DNA from: a virus
Lineage: Duplodnaviria; Caudoviricetes
Reading direction: 5' to 3' (one strand)
Length of the DNA: 64,000 nt
IMG/VR virus record: IMGVR_UViG_3300011116_001229
Positions 9,202 through 19,000 of this stretch are shown here, one piece after another. Made by a program: the position numbers and the translations under genes. Below the pieces are notes generated by a model. It saw only the letters and a list, made by a program, of their open reading frames with translations. It was not told the DNA's origin and did not search any database. Each line of letters begins with the position of its first letter. Position 1 is the first letter of the stretch.

Positions 9202-10145
9202 CTATGACAAAGTGGGACGACTTGCATAATGCTCTAAAAGCTCAGAAATCCTTTTCCGATTATTTTTATGACACTAATCAACTAACAAATGAGCAGAAAA
9301 TTGAAGAACTAAAGACTTTGAGCTTAGCGTTACACTCTGAGATTTCAGAGATGTGCAATGCTGTCAATTACAAAGAGCATCGCAGAGAATCTCGCGAAAC
9401 AGACTTGCAGAAGATTCTGTACAAGTCTGCTGATGCTTATCGTTATATTCTTGCTATAGCAAACCTATGGGGAATAACTGCAGATAAATTAACATCTGCC
9501 TTAGAACAAAAGGACCACTATCTGCACTATAGACATCAACTTCGTGACAAGAGATGGTGCGGAGAACCGATTGTGCTCTTTGATATTGACGACGTACTTG
9601 CTGAGTTCAGATATGAGTTCTGCAGATTTGTTACAGATCAGACTGGAATCTTCATGGATCCTAACAGCTCAGAGTACTATAACACTGTTAAGTTCAAAGA
9701 ACACGGTCTTAACAGCGAGTATTTCTTTAAAAAATTTATTGACGATCATGGATTTTTGAGATTGGACTTGAACAAGCGTTACTACGATTTGTTGACGCGT
9801 CTAAAAGCTCGAGGACACTGGGTGCAAATAGTCACTGCACGAGATGCAAGCAATCTCACGTGTTTCTATGACACTTACGCATGGCTGCATCTCAACAACA
9901 TTCCAGCAGATGATGTAGTTTTCACGCCCGAGAAATTTGCCTGGTTGGCAGGCCAAGATTTCTATAAGACAGCTCGATTATTTGCTGTTGATGATTCAGC
10001 AAAGCATGCATCTGAATACGCTAAGCATGGCGTGACTTGCGTTGTTCCAAAAAAATCTTACAATGTTGAAGTAAAAAATGTCAAGGGTGTCATCTACATC
10101 GAAGACAGCGACGATATTTTTGCTAAAATTAACACTATCCTTTAG
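9198..10145 (+). CDS. fusion: MazG/dUTPase-like domain + HAD 5'(3')-deoxyribonucleotidase
   Basis: N-half 'LALHSEISEM...NYKEHR'; C-half HAD motifs 'FDIDDVL', 'VTAR', 'K', 'AVDDS'. Confidence 0.75.
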   Translation: MTMTKWDDLHNALKAQKSFSDYFYDTNQLTNEQKIEELKTLSLALHSEISEMCNAVNYKEHRRESRETDLQKILYKSADAYRYILAIANLWGITADKLTSALEQKDHYLHYRHQLRDKRWCGEPIVLFDIDDVLAEFRYEFCRFVTDQTGIFMDPNSSEYYNTVKFKEHGLNSEYFFKKFIDDHGFLRLDLNKRYYDLLTRLKARGHWVQIVTARDASNLTCFYDTYAWLHLNNIPADDVVFTPEKFAWLAGQDFYKTARLFAVDDSAKHASEYAKHGVTCVVPKKSYNVEVKNVKGVIYIEDSDDIFAKINTIL

Positions 10146-10215
10146 CGCGAGAACGTGTTATACTTTACAGACTGCTCGACTAATAATTGCAGCTTGACTC
10201 AAACTTGGAGAAATT

Positions 10216-11196
10216 ATGCCCATTAATAAAGACCTACAGCCGATTGAACTACCCATGGAATTAAAGTTCGGACGACCTGTTCGCACCAAGTTCCATAATA
10301 ATATTGATGCACTAAAGATTGAGCTCGTCGACCATCCTGCGCGTCAACAAGCATGGAACGTCGCTTGGCATTATGTTAAGGCAACTTGGGCAGATAGACC
10401 TGACATCTCGCCTGAGTCTGTATCGCATCGAGAACTTTCTAAAAACCTGGAAGATGTTTTCGGAGGCCGCACTCTGCCAGCGCCCATGGAATGTCTTGGC
10501 TTCACATTTAGATTAAGTGGTATGTCTTTTCAAGAGGTGACTCATATTATCAGACATCGTGCAGGAACTTTTGCTGCACAATGCACAGGCGATCGTGACC
10601 TCCGAGATGATGATGCAGTAATTCCAGAACCCGTAGAGAATTCACCTGAGTTCTTAGCGCGCTGGAAGAAGATTGTGGAAGATTCCAAGCAACTCTATGC
10701 TGATATGACTGATTCAAAGGTTGTGTCCATGATGGACGCACGTTTGATTCTACCAAAGTGCATGACGTCTTTCTACTACATGCGACTTCCTCTCAAGGAG
10801 CTAATTGGCTTCATCTATCAACGTCAGGATAGGCAGATTCAGACGTCAGCTGATAATATTCTGGCAGCACGCATGGCAGTTGAGGTGGCTAAGGTCATTC
10901 CTGAGTTCACTACGCTAGTTGATTTCAACAAGCCTGACATGCACTACATCAAGACCTTCCGCGTGAAGGAAGGTGATAAGTTCGTGTCTCGCGGAACGAA
11001 CCTCTATTGGCCGGAACCCAAGAACGACAAGTTTGAGTTCCACCCAGATGACACTATCTACCAGGCTCGCCGTGAAGAGCTCAACGGCACGCATGGTGAT
11101 GGCCCACAGCGAAAGTTTGTAGCTGCCTGGGATTCTGCAGTGTCCGAGTTTGAGAGTATTAAAAAGCAACACAATGATTGGAAGGAAGGTAAATAA
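10216..11196 (+). CDS. thyX: ThyX-like flavin-dependent thymidylate synthase (atypical signature)
   Basis: 'THIIRHR', 'DARLILP', 'FIYQR' ThyX-fold motifs; signature RHRx7C rather than RHRx7S. Confidence 0.75.
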   Translation: MPINKDLQPIELPMELKFGRPVRTKFHNNIDALKIELVDHPARQQAWNVAWHYVKATWADRPDISPESVSHRELSKNLEDVFGGRTLPAPMECLGFTFRLSGMSFQEVTHIIRHRAGTFAAQCTGDRDLRDDDAVIPEPVENSPEFLARWKKIVEDSKQLYADMTDSKVVSMMDARLILPKCMTSFYYMRLPLKELIGFIYQRQDRQIQTSADNILAARMAVEVAKVIPEFTTLVDFNKPDMHYIKTFRVKEGDKFVSRGTNLYWPEPKNDKFEFHPDDTIYQARREELNGTHGDGPQRKFVAAWDSAVSEFESIKKQHNDWKEGK

Positions 11197-11238
11197 AGTA
11201 ATTAAGTACTTTTGTACCTGACGGAGATAAGTATAGCC

Positions 11239-11418
11239 ATGAAACAATCGAAGATCTCGGTCGATGAAGAGACCCATAAATTGCTGAAGATATACTGTGC
11301 TCAGCACGGTCTGATTATGAGTCAGTTCACCGCCGAGATCATTCGAGAGAGGATTGGCAATGAAAGAGAAGATCTGCGCACAATGCGAAAAGAAATTTGT
11401 GCCAAAGAATCCATTTAG
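11239..11418 (+). CDS. small ribbon-helix-helix-like DNA-binding protein
   Basis: 'KISVDEETHKLLKIYCAQHGLIMSQFTAEII' RHH pattern; SD GGAG. Confidence 0.55.
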   Translation: MKQSKISVDEETHKLLKIYCAQHGLIMSQFTAEIIRERIGNEREDLRTMRKEICAKESI

Positions 11419-12253
11419 TAATAAGTCTGGTTTCTTCTTTTGCTCGAAAGAGTGCACTTATCTTGCTCAGAAGAAGGGCGGTGTCACATATGAGCTCCGT
11501 CGAAAGAGGTCACTAGAGAAGCACGGCACCGACTTTCCAATGTCTTGCCCTGAGATAAAGAATAAGCGCAGCAACAACAACATAAAAAAGTACGGTGTTG
11601 CCAGCACGTTTGAACTTGATTCAGTCAAAGAGAAGTCAAAAAAGACTTCACGTGAGAAATATGGGGTTGATGTTTACTCACAAACAACAGAATTCAAGTC
11701 CAAGATCGAAGAGACAAATCTAAAGAGATTCGGACATAAGTCTCCGATAGAAAATCCCAACATTCTAGAACGACGACGGCAGACAATGATCGACAGATGG
11801 GGAGGTCCATCAACTTTCGAATCACCTGTTCTACGAGCTCGCGCTGAAGATACCTGTATTGAAAAGTTCGGAGTTCATAATATTGTCTTATCGCCGACGT
11901 TTATCTCTTCTTCCATGGATAAGAAACTGCTCAAATCACATGGAAAAACTTGGCAGCAGTACATCGATGACCTACCTGAATTTCAGGATTATCGAAGAAA
12001 AGTCGATCACTTTACACGCATGCAGCCGATCGAACAGCTAGCCAATCATGATAAACGTGGTGAATATCATCTCGATCACAAGTTTTCAGTCGCTGAAGGG
12101 TTTAGACAAGGTCTACCACCCGAGGTGATAGGTCACATTGTGAATCTGGAATTCATACCGGCTGCAGAAAATCTTCGAAAACAGTCAAGTTGTTCAATTG
12201 ACAAAGACGCATTACTATCAGAATACTCAACTAGAAAGGTAAATCAAAGATGA
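11360..12253 (+). CDS. putative homing endonuclease (Zn finger, KYG repeats, C-terminal HNH-like domain)
   Basis: CxxC...CxxxC, repeated 'KYGV/RFG' units, 'YHLDHKFS...NLEFIP..EN'. Confidence 0.7.
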   Translation: MKEKICAQCEKKFVPKNPFSNKSGFFFCSKECTYLAQKKGGVTYELRRKRSLEKHGTDFPMSCPEIKNKRSNNNIKKYGVASTFELDSVKEKSKKTSREKYGVDVYSQTTEFKSKIEETNLKRFGHKSPIENPNILERRRQTMIDRWGGPSTFESPVLRARAEDTCIEKFGVHNIVLSPTFISSSMDKKLLKSHGKTWQQYIDDLPEFQDYRRKVDHFTRMQPIEQLANHDKRGEYHLDHKFSVAEGFRQGLPPEVIGHIVNLEFIPAAENLRKQSSCSIDKDALLSEYSTRKVNQR

Positions 12254-12705
12254 ATCGAAAAAAGATGTATCTCGCAAGCGGATGGTTCAACCCTACACAG
12301 GAAGCAGAGCTCACGAGGCTCGAGCAGATTATGGAAGCACGTAAGGACTGGATCGATATGGCTTCACCACGTAGGATCTTCATCTGTCCACCTAATGCAT
12401 CTCGTGAAGTACAAGATGCAACCTATCAGGGTAATCTTAAACACATCCGCGAGGCTGACTTCCTCGTTGTGAACACCCGCGACAAGGATCTCGGTACGAT
12501 CATGGAATGTGGTTATGCTACAGCCTTTGACAAGCATATCATCTACTTCTGTGCAGGACTTCCCCCCGGAGCAAAATTTAATCTTATGCTTTCAAGATCG
12601 GGTGCATTCGTGGCTACTTCGTTCGAACAACTCGAAGACTACCTCGATCGGTGCAAGTCTGCAGGCGAGATGCTTTACGAACCGTACGACAAGGAAATTG
12701 AGTGA
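12250..12705 (+). CDS. nucleoside 2-deoxyribosyltransferase / nucleotide N-glycosidase family
   Basis: 'YLASGWF', 'ADFLVV', 'DLGTIMECGYA', 'FNLML'. Confidence 0.85.
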   Translation: MNRKKMYLASGWFNPTQEAELTRLEQIMEARKDWIDMASPRRIFICPPNASREVQDATYQGNLKHIREADFLVVNTRDKDLGTIMECGYATAFDKHIIYFCAGLPPGAKFNLMLSRSGAFVATSFEQLEDYLDRCKSAGEMLYEPYDKEIE

Positions 12706-12765
12706 CTTAAAGTGAAAATGAAGAGAGGCGCTATAAAATTGGCGTCTCCTTCATAATTAAGTGTT

Positions 12766-13527
12766 ATGTTAATCAAGCTTTCACAACTTCGTAAAATTAT
12801 TAGAGAAGAGCTTTCACGTACTTTGAGTGAAGACGCATCTGATTTAAGCGCAGCAGAACCAAGCGAAATGGTAAAAAATCTAGCTGGGAAAACAGGATTG
12901 GGTCCTTTCTCTTACGGCCCTATCTCTTTAAGAAATTTAATGGCAAAAGTTGAATCAACAGGAGATATATCGCTGTTAGATAACTGGGACAAAGTAGTTG
13001 CTGCAGCGTATGAAACAGAGAAAGAAATAAAGCGAATAAGAAACACTCCTACTTATGAGATCACTGATGCGCAGGGAAATAAACAAGTTCGACCCAGATC
13101 TCCTGGTTCAATTTTAAATACTGAGAGTAGAAAAGCAGCTGAAGATGCAGCAGCTGAACAGGGCCTCGAAGGAGAAGTTGCCGGTCGAGATTATGCAGCA
13201 TATGTTTCAACACTTGTCGATAGCATGAAGAACTTTAAACAGGTTCCGCCTATAAGAGCTGATATCCTCGCTGCTCTTGAATTTCGCAAACAAAAGAAAG
13301 AAGCTCACGAGAATAGAGAGGCTTCACCCGAAGATATAAAGAAGCTTAGAAATCTTTTAGCATCCCACGATTGGTACTACGAGAGAGCTGAAGGTCTTCA
13401 GCCGTCTTATACTAAGGGTGCTGCTCAAGCCGAAGAGATTAAGCTCCTTGTCAATAAAATGGGCAAAACAGGTAGAGATATGTACAACGCTGCCGCAGCA
13501 AAAGCATTCCCAAAGGGTGCGACTTGA
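12766..13527 (+). CDS. hypothetical protein with LSQLRKIIREEL N-terminus
   Basis: ATAATTA 12753-12759, ATG 6 nt downstream. Confidence 0.7.
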   Translation: MLIKLSQLRKIIREELSRTLSEDASDLSAAEPSEMVKNLAGKTGLGPFSYGPISLRNLMAKVESTGDISLLDNWDKVVAAAYETEKEIKRIRNTPTYEITDAQGNKQVRPRSPGSILNTESRKAAEDAAAEQGLEGEVAGRDYAAYVSTLVDSMKNFKQVPPIRADILAALEFRKQKKEAHENREASPEDIKKLRNLLASHDWYYERAEGLQPSYTKGAAQAEEIKLLVNKMGKTGRDMYNAAAAKAFPKGAT

Positions 13528-13590
13528 TCTAAGCGAGATGATTAAAATCTTCTTTGCAGTTATATTTAAAGACATCATTTGGAGAAAAAC

Positions 13591-13869
13591 ATGAAATTGA
13601 CATCATCACAGCTTCGCAAGATCATCTCAGAAGAGGTCTCAAAGGTTGTCACCGAGCAAGGATTAACACCAGGCAGACTTGCGCTAGGATCACTTGCAGA
13701 TATTTCTGAAATAGAAAAAGCAAAAGCTGCTTTAGACTCTTTTCGTATGCACATAGAGAAGAATGCTATCGCCGAGGGGCATGACAGTGAAGAAGCAGAA
13801 GACTTCGCGCGCGACGGATTGGGCGAGATGTTTCAAGAATTCATGCAAAGCATTGGATACAGGATGTGA
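13591..13869 (+). CDS. hypothetical protein with MKLTSSQLRKIISEEV N-terminus
   Basis: ATATTTA 13562-13568, SD GGAG. Confidence 0.7.
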   Translation: MKLTSSQLRKIISEEVSKVVTEQGLTPGRLALGSLADISEIEKAKAALDSFRMHIEKNAIAEGHDSEEAEDFARDGLGEMFQEFMQSIGYRM

Positions 13870-13909
13870 TTTTTAGTTTGTAATTCGTTCTTAAAATCTC
13901 GAGATGTAT

Positions 13910-13941
13910 AAAAAGCGACCTTGTATTTGGTCGCTTTTTTT
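13910..13941. terminator. bidirectional intrinsic terminator-like hairpin
   Basis: AAAAAGCGACC-TTGTATTT-GGTCGCTTTTT(TT). Confidence 0.7.
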
Positions 13942-13968
13942 GTTATAATGGTCTGCATCGGAGGAAAC

Positions 13969-14961
13969 ATGCGTTTTTACATCACAGGTGGTGCAGGTTT
14001 TATTGCTAGACATTTGAAGAAGAATCTGATTGTTAGAGGGCATTCGATTCTCTCGGACGCCGATCTGATCGGTGATGGCATGCTTACCTTGCCCAAGACG
14101 GGTGAAGTCTGTGTGCATCGCAATTCAGAAGACGCTTGGACAAGAGCTTTTGAAAAATACGGCGTTGATGTTGTTGTGCACAATGCAGCTGTGGTGGGAA
14201 CAGACGTGGTTGCTCTCAATCCCGCAGAAGCGACTCTGAGCAACGTGCACGGTTCTTACAATATTGTTAGAGCAGCTAACGCAACTGGTGCCGGCGTGTG
14301 CTACATGGGTACCACCGTGATTTATGACACGCCTTCCTACCAGAACCAGCAAATTTTTGAAGATTCTGTCAGAAAACCACTTACGTACTACGGCGTACAG
14401 AAGCTTGCAGGTGAACAGATCATCACCAGCATGGCAAAACGCTGGTCTGTGGTGCGTCCTCTCTTCGCTTTTGGTGACGAGGGTGACATGAATTCACTCA
14501 TCGCCAAGAGTATCTATGCATCCTTGCAGAACAAAGATTCTGTTGACATCTTCTTAGACCCCGCGAAGATCAAGGATTATCTCCACGTGTCCGATTACTG
14601 TGAAGCCGTGTCGATGATCTGTGAGAGCAAGGATGGTTGGGGTACTGATTTTAACGTCGCAGCTGAGACACCTCACACCGCCGCAGAGATCATGAATCTT
14701 GTTTCTCGTGTTGTCGGGAAAAACGTAGAAAAAATCGTCCGCTGGTATCCAAAGACTGATTATCTCGGAAACCACAGACTGTCATCTGCCAAGGTCAGAA
14801 AGCAAATTGGCTGGTCTCCGAAGCTTGACTTGGAGGGCGGCGTCAAGGCGACTTACGATTGGATTTCTTCAAATTCATCTAAGAACTATAACCCTCTGAA
14901 GTATCTCGATGAAGCTAAGTCGAAAGGTACAGATCTACTGCAACATTTCCCTAAAGTTTGA
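13969..14961 (+). CDS. NAD-dependent epimerase/dehydratase (extended SDR)
   Basis: 'TGGAGFIA', 'HNAA', 'YGVQK' (YxxxK); SD GGAGG. Confidence 0.88.
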   Translation: MRFYITGGAGFIARHLKKNLIVRGHSILSDADLIGDGMLTLPKTGEVCVHRNSEDAWTRAFEKYGVDVVVHNAAVVGTDVVALNPAEATLSNVHGSYNIVRAANATGAGVCYMGTTVIYDTPSYQNQQIFEDSVRKPLTYYGVQKLAGEQIITSMAKRWSVVRPLFAFGDEGDMNSLIAKSIYASLQNKDSVDIFLDPAKIKDYLHVSDYCEAVSMICESKDGWGTDFNVAAETPHTAAEIMNLVSRVVGKNVEKIVRWYPKTDYLGNHRLSSAKVRKQIGWSPKLDLEGGVKATYDWISSNSSKNYNPLKYLDEAKSKGTDLLQHFPKV

Positions 14962-15063
14962 CGTGTAAATAACTAGTATGTGTGTGATGTTCTCCATATT
15001 TATAATGAGTCTCGAGAAAAGATACGGCCTTGTGCCGTAACTATTTGACCACCGGAGGAAACA

Positions 15064-15957
15064 ATGGAGAGTAAATGTGAAGTTTGCGGAATTAGCATAG
15101 AATCAAAACCAAGACTACGTACTTGTTCAAAAAAATGCGGTTACGTGTTGAGAAGTCGTACTAGAAATATAAAACATGAGCCTGTTGAAAAGATATGTCT
15201 CGACTGCGAGTGTAATTTTCAAGATACTTCAAAAAAGAAGTTAGTCGTTAGATGCAAACCATGCATAAACAATTCCATGGTTGCTACACGTTACGCAAGA
15301 GGAAGCTATGAGCGCTCAGAAGAGCAGAACGAGAAATTGTCTATTACGCTTAAGACAAAGTACGAATCAGGATGGAACCCTAACACTGAAGAGCATCGAG
15401 AAAAATTATCCGAGGGAATGAAGGCTCGCTGGCAAGATGGTTCAATGAGAAAGAAGTCGGTTGCAACAACGCTTGAAAAGTATGGAGTTGAGCACTGGGC
15501 GCAGTCTGAAGAAGGAAAGACAGTGCTATCACAGAGGTCAAGAGGCAGAAAATTTTCTGATGAAACTCGTAAAAATATGAGTCAAGGCGCTGCAAGGCGC
15601 ATTAGAGAGAATAATAATCATTATGAACGAGGTAATGGAGGTTTTAGAGAAGACCTCGGACACTATGTACGGAGTAACTGGGAAGCTAATTTTGCTAGAA
15701 TATTAAAAATTCAAGGAAAGTCTTACGAATACGAACCTAAGACATTTCAAATTGCTGAGGATAAAACGTATACACCCGATTTTCTTGTCGATGGTATTTT
15801 CTACGAAGTTAAAGGCTATTGGACCGAAAAATCGAAACTTAAATTAGAATCATTTGTAAAAATATATCCCGAAATAGAATTGCAAATCATCGACGGCACA
15901 AAGTACAATGAGCTTAGAGAAGCTTACCAAGATCTAATTCACTGGGAAGGCAAATAA
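15064..15957 (+). CDS. putative homing endonuclease (Zn fingers, NUMOD3-like, PD-(D/E)xK nuclease)
   Basis: CxxC pairs, 'GRKFSDETRKNMS', 'RSNWEANFAR..YEYEP..YTPDF..EVKG'; SD GGAGG. Confidence 0.75.
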   Translation: MESKCEVCGISIESKPRLRTCSKKCGYVLRSRTRNIKHEPVEKICLDCECNFQDTSKKKLVVRCKPCINNSMVATRYARGSYERSEEQNEKLSITLKTKYESGWNPNTEEHREKLSEGMKARWQDGSMRKKSVATTLEKYGVEHWAQSEEGKTVLSQRSRGRKFSDETRKNMSQGAARRIRENNNHYERGNGGFREDLGHYVRSNWEANFARILKIQGKSYEYEPKTFQIAEDKTYTPDFLVDGIFYEVKGYWTEKSKLKLESFVKIYPEIELQIIDGTKYNELREAYQDLIHWEGK

Positions 15958-15960
15958 TAA

Positions 15961-16056
15961 ATGAACAGCACAAAGGAGAAGAGCTACTTGAAGCTTGAGT
16001 CCGTGCGACCTCCTACTCGGTTTGTGGGGTTTCACGCGCACTCAGGCTTCTCGTAA
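15961..16056 (+). CDS. dnaE: dnaE upstream mini-ORF encoding PHP motif I (…RPPTRFVGFHAHSGFS*)
   Basis: Manual translation of 15961-16056; alternative TTG 15988 is 9 nt after AAGGAG; ends TCG-TAA; missed by ORF track. Confidence 0.8.
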   Translation: MNSTKEKSYLKLESVRPPTRFVGFHAHSGFS

Positions 16057-16063
16057 AGTTACG

Positions 16064-19000
16064 ACATTTGACGGTTTGGGTTACCCTGCAGATCACATTG
16101 CCTTTGTCACCTCTGAGTCACAAGGCATGGATGCCTGGGCACTGACAGATCACGGCAATGGCAACGGACTTGCACACGCACATTCTGCTGCCAAGAAGAT
16201 TCAGAAGAAAGGTGTGAAGTATCGACAGCTCTACGGCGTGGAGTTCTACTTCGTTCCTTCACTTTCGCAGTGGCGTATCGATTACGAGGCCCACAAGCAA
16301 TCAGTCAAGGACGCGAAGTCTGCAGCTGAGGCTGAGAAGAAAGCAAAGATTCGAACTGACATCGACGCTGACGAGGCAGCAGAGGAAGAGGAGGCCGGTG
16401 GCCACGTCGTGGAGGATGAGGCAGAGACGAAGGCCGACGACTACAAGGAGAAGCCTGACTGGCAGCGTCGTTACCACCTCGTGGCAGTGGCGCAGTCAGC
16501 TGAGGGGCTCGCGAACATCAACCGTCTCGTCAAGGCATCATTTAAAGACGGATTCTACCGTTATCCACGCATCGACTTCGACCTCCTCAGAAAGTGGGGC
16601 AAAGGGATCGTGTGGTCGAGCGCCTGCCTCGGCGGAACAATGGCGGGTACAATTCTACGAGGCGTAGCACATAATAGAACTTCTGAGCAAATTATTGCTG
16701 ATCTTGAAGTTCTCACAGGTCAGTTCGTCGAAGCAGTCGGCCAAGAGAACTTCTTCCTCGAACTGCAATTCAATAAGCTCGAGAAACAACACACCGTAAA
16801 CAAGTACCTCATCGACCTGTCTCGAAAGACCGGTGTGAAGCTGCTGGCCACATGCGACTCTCACTATCCAGATCCCTCCAAGTGGCAGGCCCGTGAGCTC
16901 TACAAGAAGCTGGGCTGGATGGGCACGAAGCTAGACGAGCAAGCACTACCGAAGTTCGAGGACCTGAAGTGCGAGCTGTATCCCAAGAACGCTACCCAGA
17001 TGTGGGACGAGTTCAAGAAGTCCTACGAACAGTACGACTTCTACAAGGGTTCCGAGGAGGAAGTTCGTGACGCGATCGAGCGGACTCACGACGTCGCTTG
17101 GCAGCATTGCGAGGACACTTGGGTCGATGTGAAACCAAAGCTGCCCAAGGTCGACACACCAGAAAAAACAGCATTCCAGCAGCTCACTGAGCTTGTTAAA
17201 GAAGGTCTTACCCGCGAAGGTCTTGCTGATAAGCCTGAGTATGTCGATCGAGCTAAATATGAGCTCGGAGACATCAAATATCTGAATTGTGCTTCTTACT
17301 TCATTACGATGTATAAAGTGTTCAATCTTGCGAAGGAGAAGACGCTCTTTGGAAGCGGCCGCGGGAGTGGTGCGGGATCGCTCGTCAACTTCCTGTTAGG
17401 CATCACGCAGATCGATCCGATACCATACGGTTTGCTTTGGAGCAGATTTTTAGGACGACACCGAGTGAGCTTTCCGGATATCGATACAGACGCAGGTGAC
17501 AGGGATGTCCTTATCGATGCGGCACGAACTCTGTTCGGCGATGACGCCGTGATCCCGGTGTCCAACTTCAACACCCTGAAGCTCAAGTCCCTCGTCAAGG
17601 ACATCGCCAAGATCTACGGCGTGCCCTTCGAGGAGGTGAACGAGATGACCGGCCCTCTCCAGGACGAGGTGATGCCGCTGGCTCGAGACGAGGACCAGGA
17701 GAAGTCGGTCTTCGTGCTGAAGCATGAGGACTGCATGAAGTACTCGCCGAAGTACACGGCCTTCATGGAGAAGTATCCTGACGTTGCTGCACACGTCGAG
17801 ACACTGTTCATGCAGAACAGGTCCATCGGAAGGCATGCAGGAGGCGTACTCTTAGCAGATCCTGAAGATCTTGCTGCAAACATGCCTATCATTGGCGTCA
17901 GAGGCGAGCTGCAGACACCGTGGACAGAGGGTATGAACTTCCGCAATCTGGAGGATAACGGCTTCTTGAAGTTTGACTTCCTAGGTCTCACGCTTCTCAA
18001 AGATGTCGAGAACTGCATTAGACGCATTCTCATCAAGAATGGCAATCTTGATCCTACCTTCCTGGACATTAGAGGCTTCTTCGACAAGCATCTAAACTGT
18101 CGATACGTGAAGCAGGACGATCCTGCTGTGTGGAAGCATGTCTACCAGGACGGCTCGTTTGTGTCAGTCTTCCAGATGACTGCAGAGGGTGCTCGGAAGT
18201 TCTGCAAGGCAGTTAAACCGACGAAGATCGAAGACCTCACAGCTATTACAGCGATCTACCGCCCTGGGCCTCTCAAAGCAAACGTGCACAACCTCTTTGT
18301 CGAAGCTAGAAAGCTTGACAAGATCAATTACCCACACCCAATCATCGAGCAAGTCCTTGGACCTACGAAAAATTTCGTTGTGTATCAGGAACAATTTATG
18401 TTGTTAGCAGAAAAACTAGGTGGCTTTACACCTGGTGAAGCTGATCAGCTGCGCAAGACGCTAGTTAAGAAGTCGCTTGACACGCTGGACAAAAAGTCAT
18501 CAGAGAAGGAGCTTGCTAAGCAGAAGTTTATTGAGGGTGCTCAGCGACTTCACGGAGTTCCTCCAGAAGTGACCGAGCCTCTTTGGCAAACAATTGACAA
18601 CATGAGCGTCTATTGTTTCAATAAATCCCACAGTTTAGCATATGCTATCGATTCCTACTATGCAGCATGGCTTCATACACACTACGAGAAAGAGTGGCTG
18701 GCAACTGCACTTCAATCAGCTTCCAGCAACCCAAAAGAACTTGCGAAGACGATCTCCGAGATCAAGGCGTTAGGCTTCAAGTTCTCGAAGCACGACATCA
18801 ACTACTCGGGCAAGGAGTGGCAGTTCTCTGAGGAGGCCGATGCTTTCGTGCCGCCTCTCGGTTCAGTGAAGGGAATTGGATCTGCAGCAGTTGAAGAGAT
18901 CATGGCGAACAGGCCCTACAAGGATCTAGCTACTATGCTCTATGACGACGCAGGTGAGTGGCGACACAGCAAGGTGAACAAGACAGCTCTGTCAGCTCTT

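Noticed and set aside
12721-12751. GAGGCGC/GCGTCTC hairpin after the deoxyribosyltransferase gene as a terminator
   Set aside because: Weak stem with a G-T pair and no U-tract; not enough support.
16054-16056. Stop-codon reassignment (TAA read-through) as an explanation for split dnaE
   Set aside because: The downstream part is in the +1 frame, and TAA/TGA/TAG terminate other genes normally throughout the window.
16053-16062. dnaE gap read as a GT...AC spliceosomal or group II intron, or as a group I intron
   Set aside because: Ten nt cannot form a ribozyme core, there is no spliceosome in a phage host, and no P7/catalytic-core or domain V sequence was found nearby.
15995-16063. ORF-track N-terminus of DnaE (MSPCDLLLGLWGFTRTQASRKV)
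   Set aside because: Not DnaE-like. The TTG is 16 nt from the SD, and the conserved HxH motif is in the other frame.
16398-18407. Many long antisense or alternate-frame ORFs within dnaE (also within prkA, uvsE and the 1695 ORF)
   Set aside because: Expected shadows of G/C-ending codon bias; no motifs, SD or promoter support.
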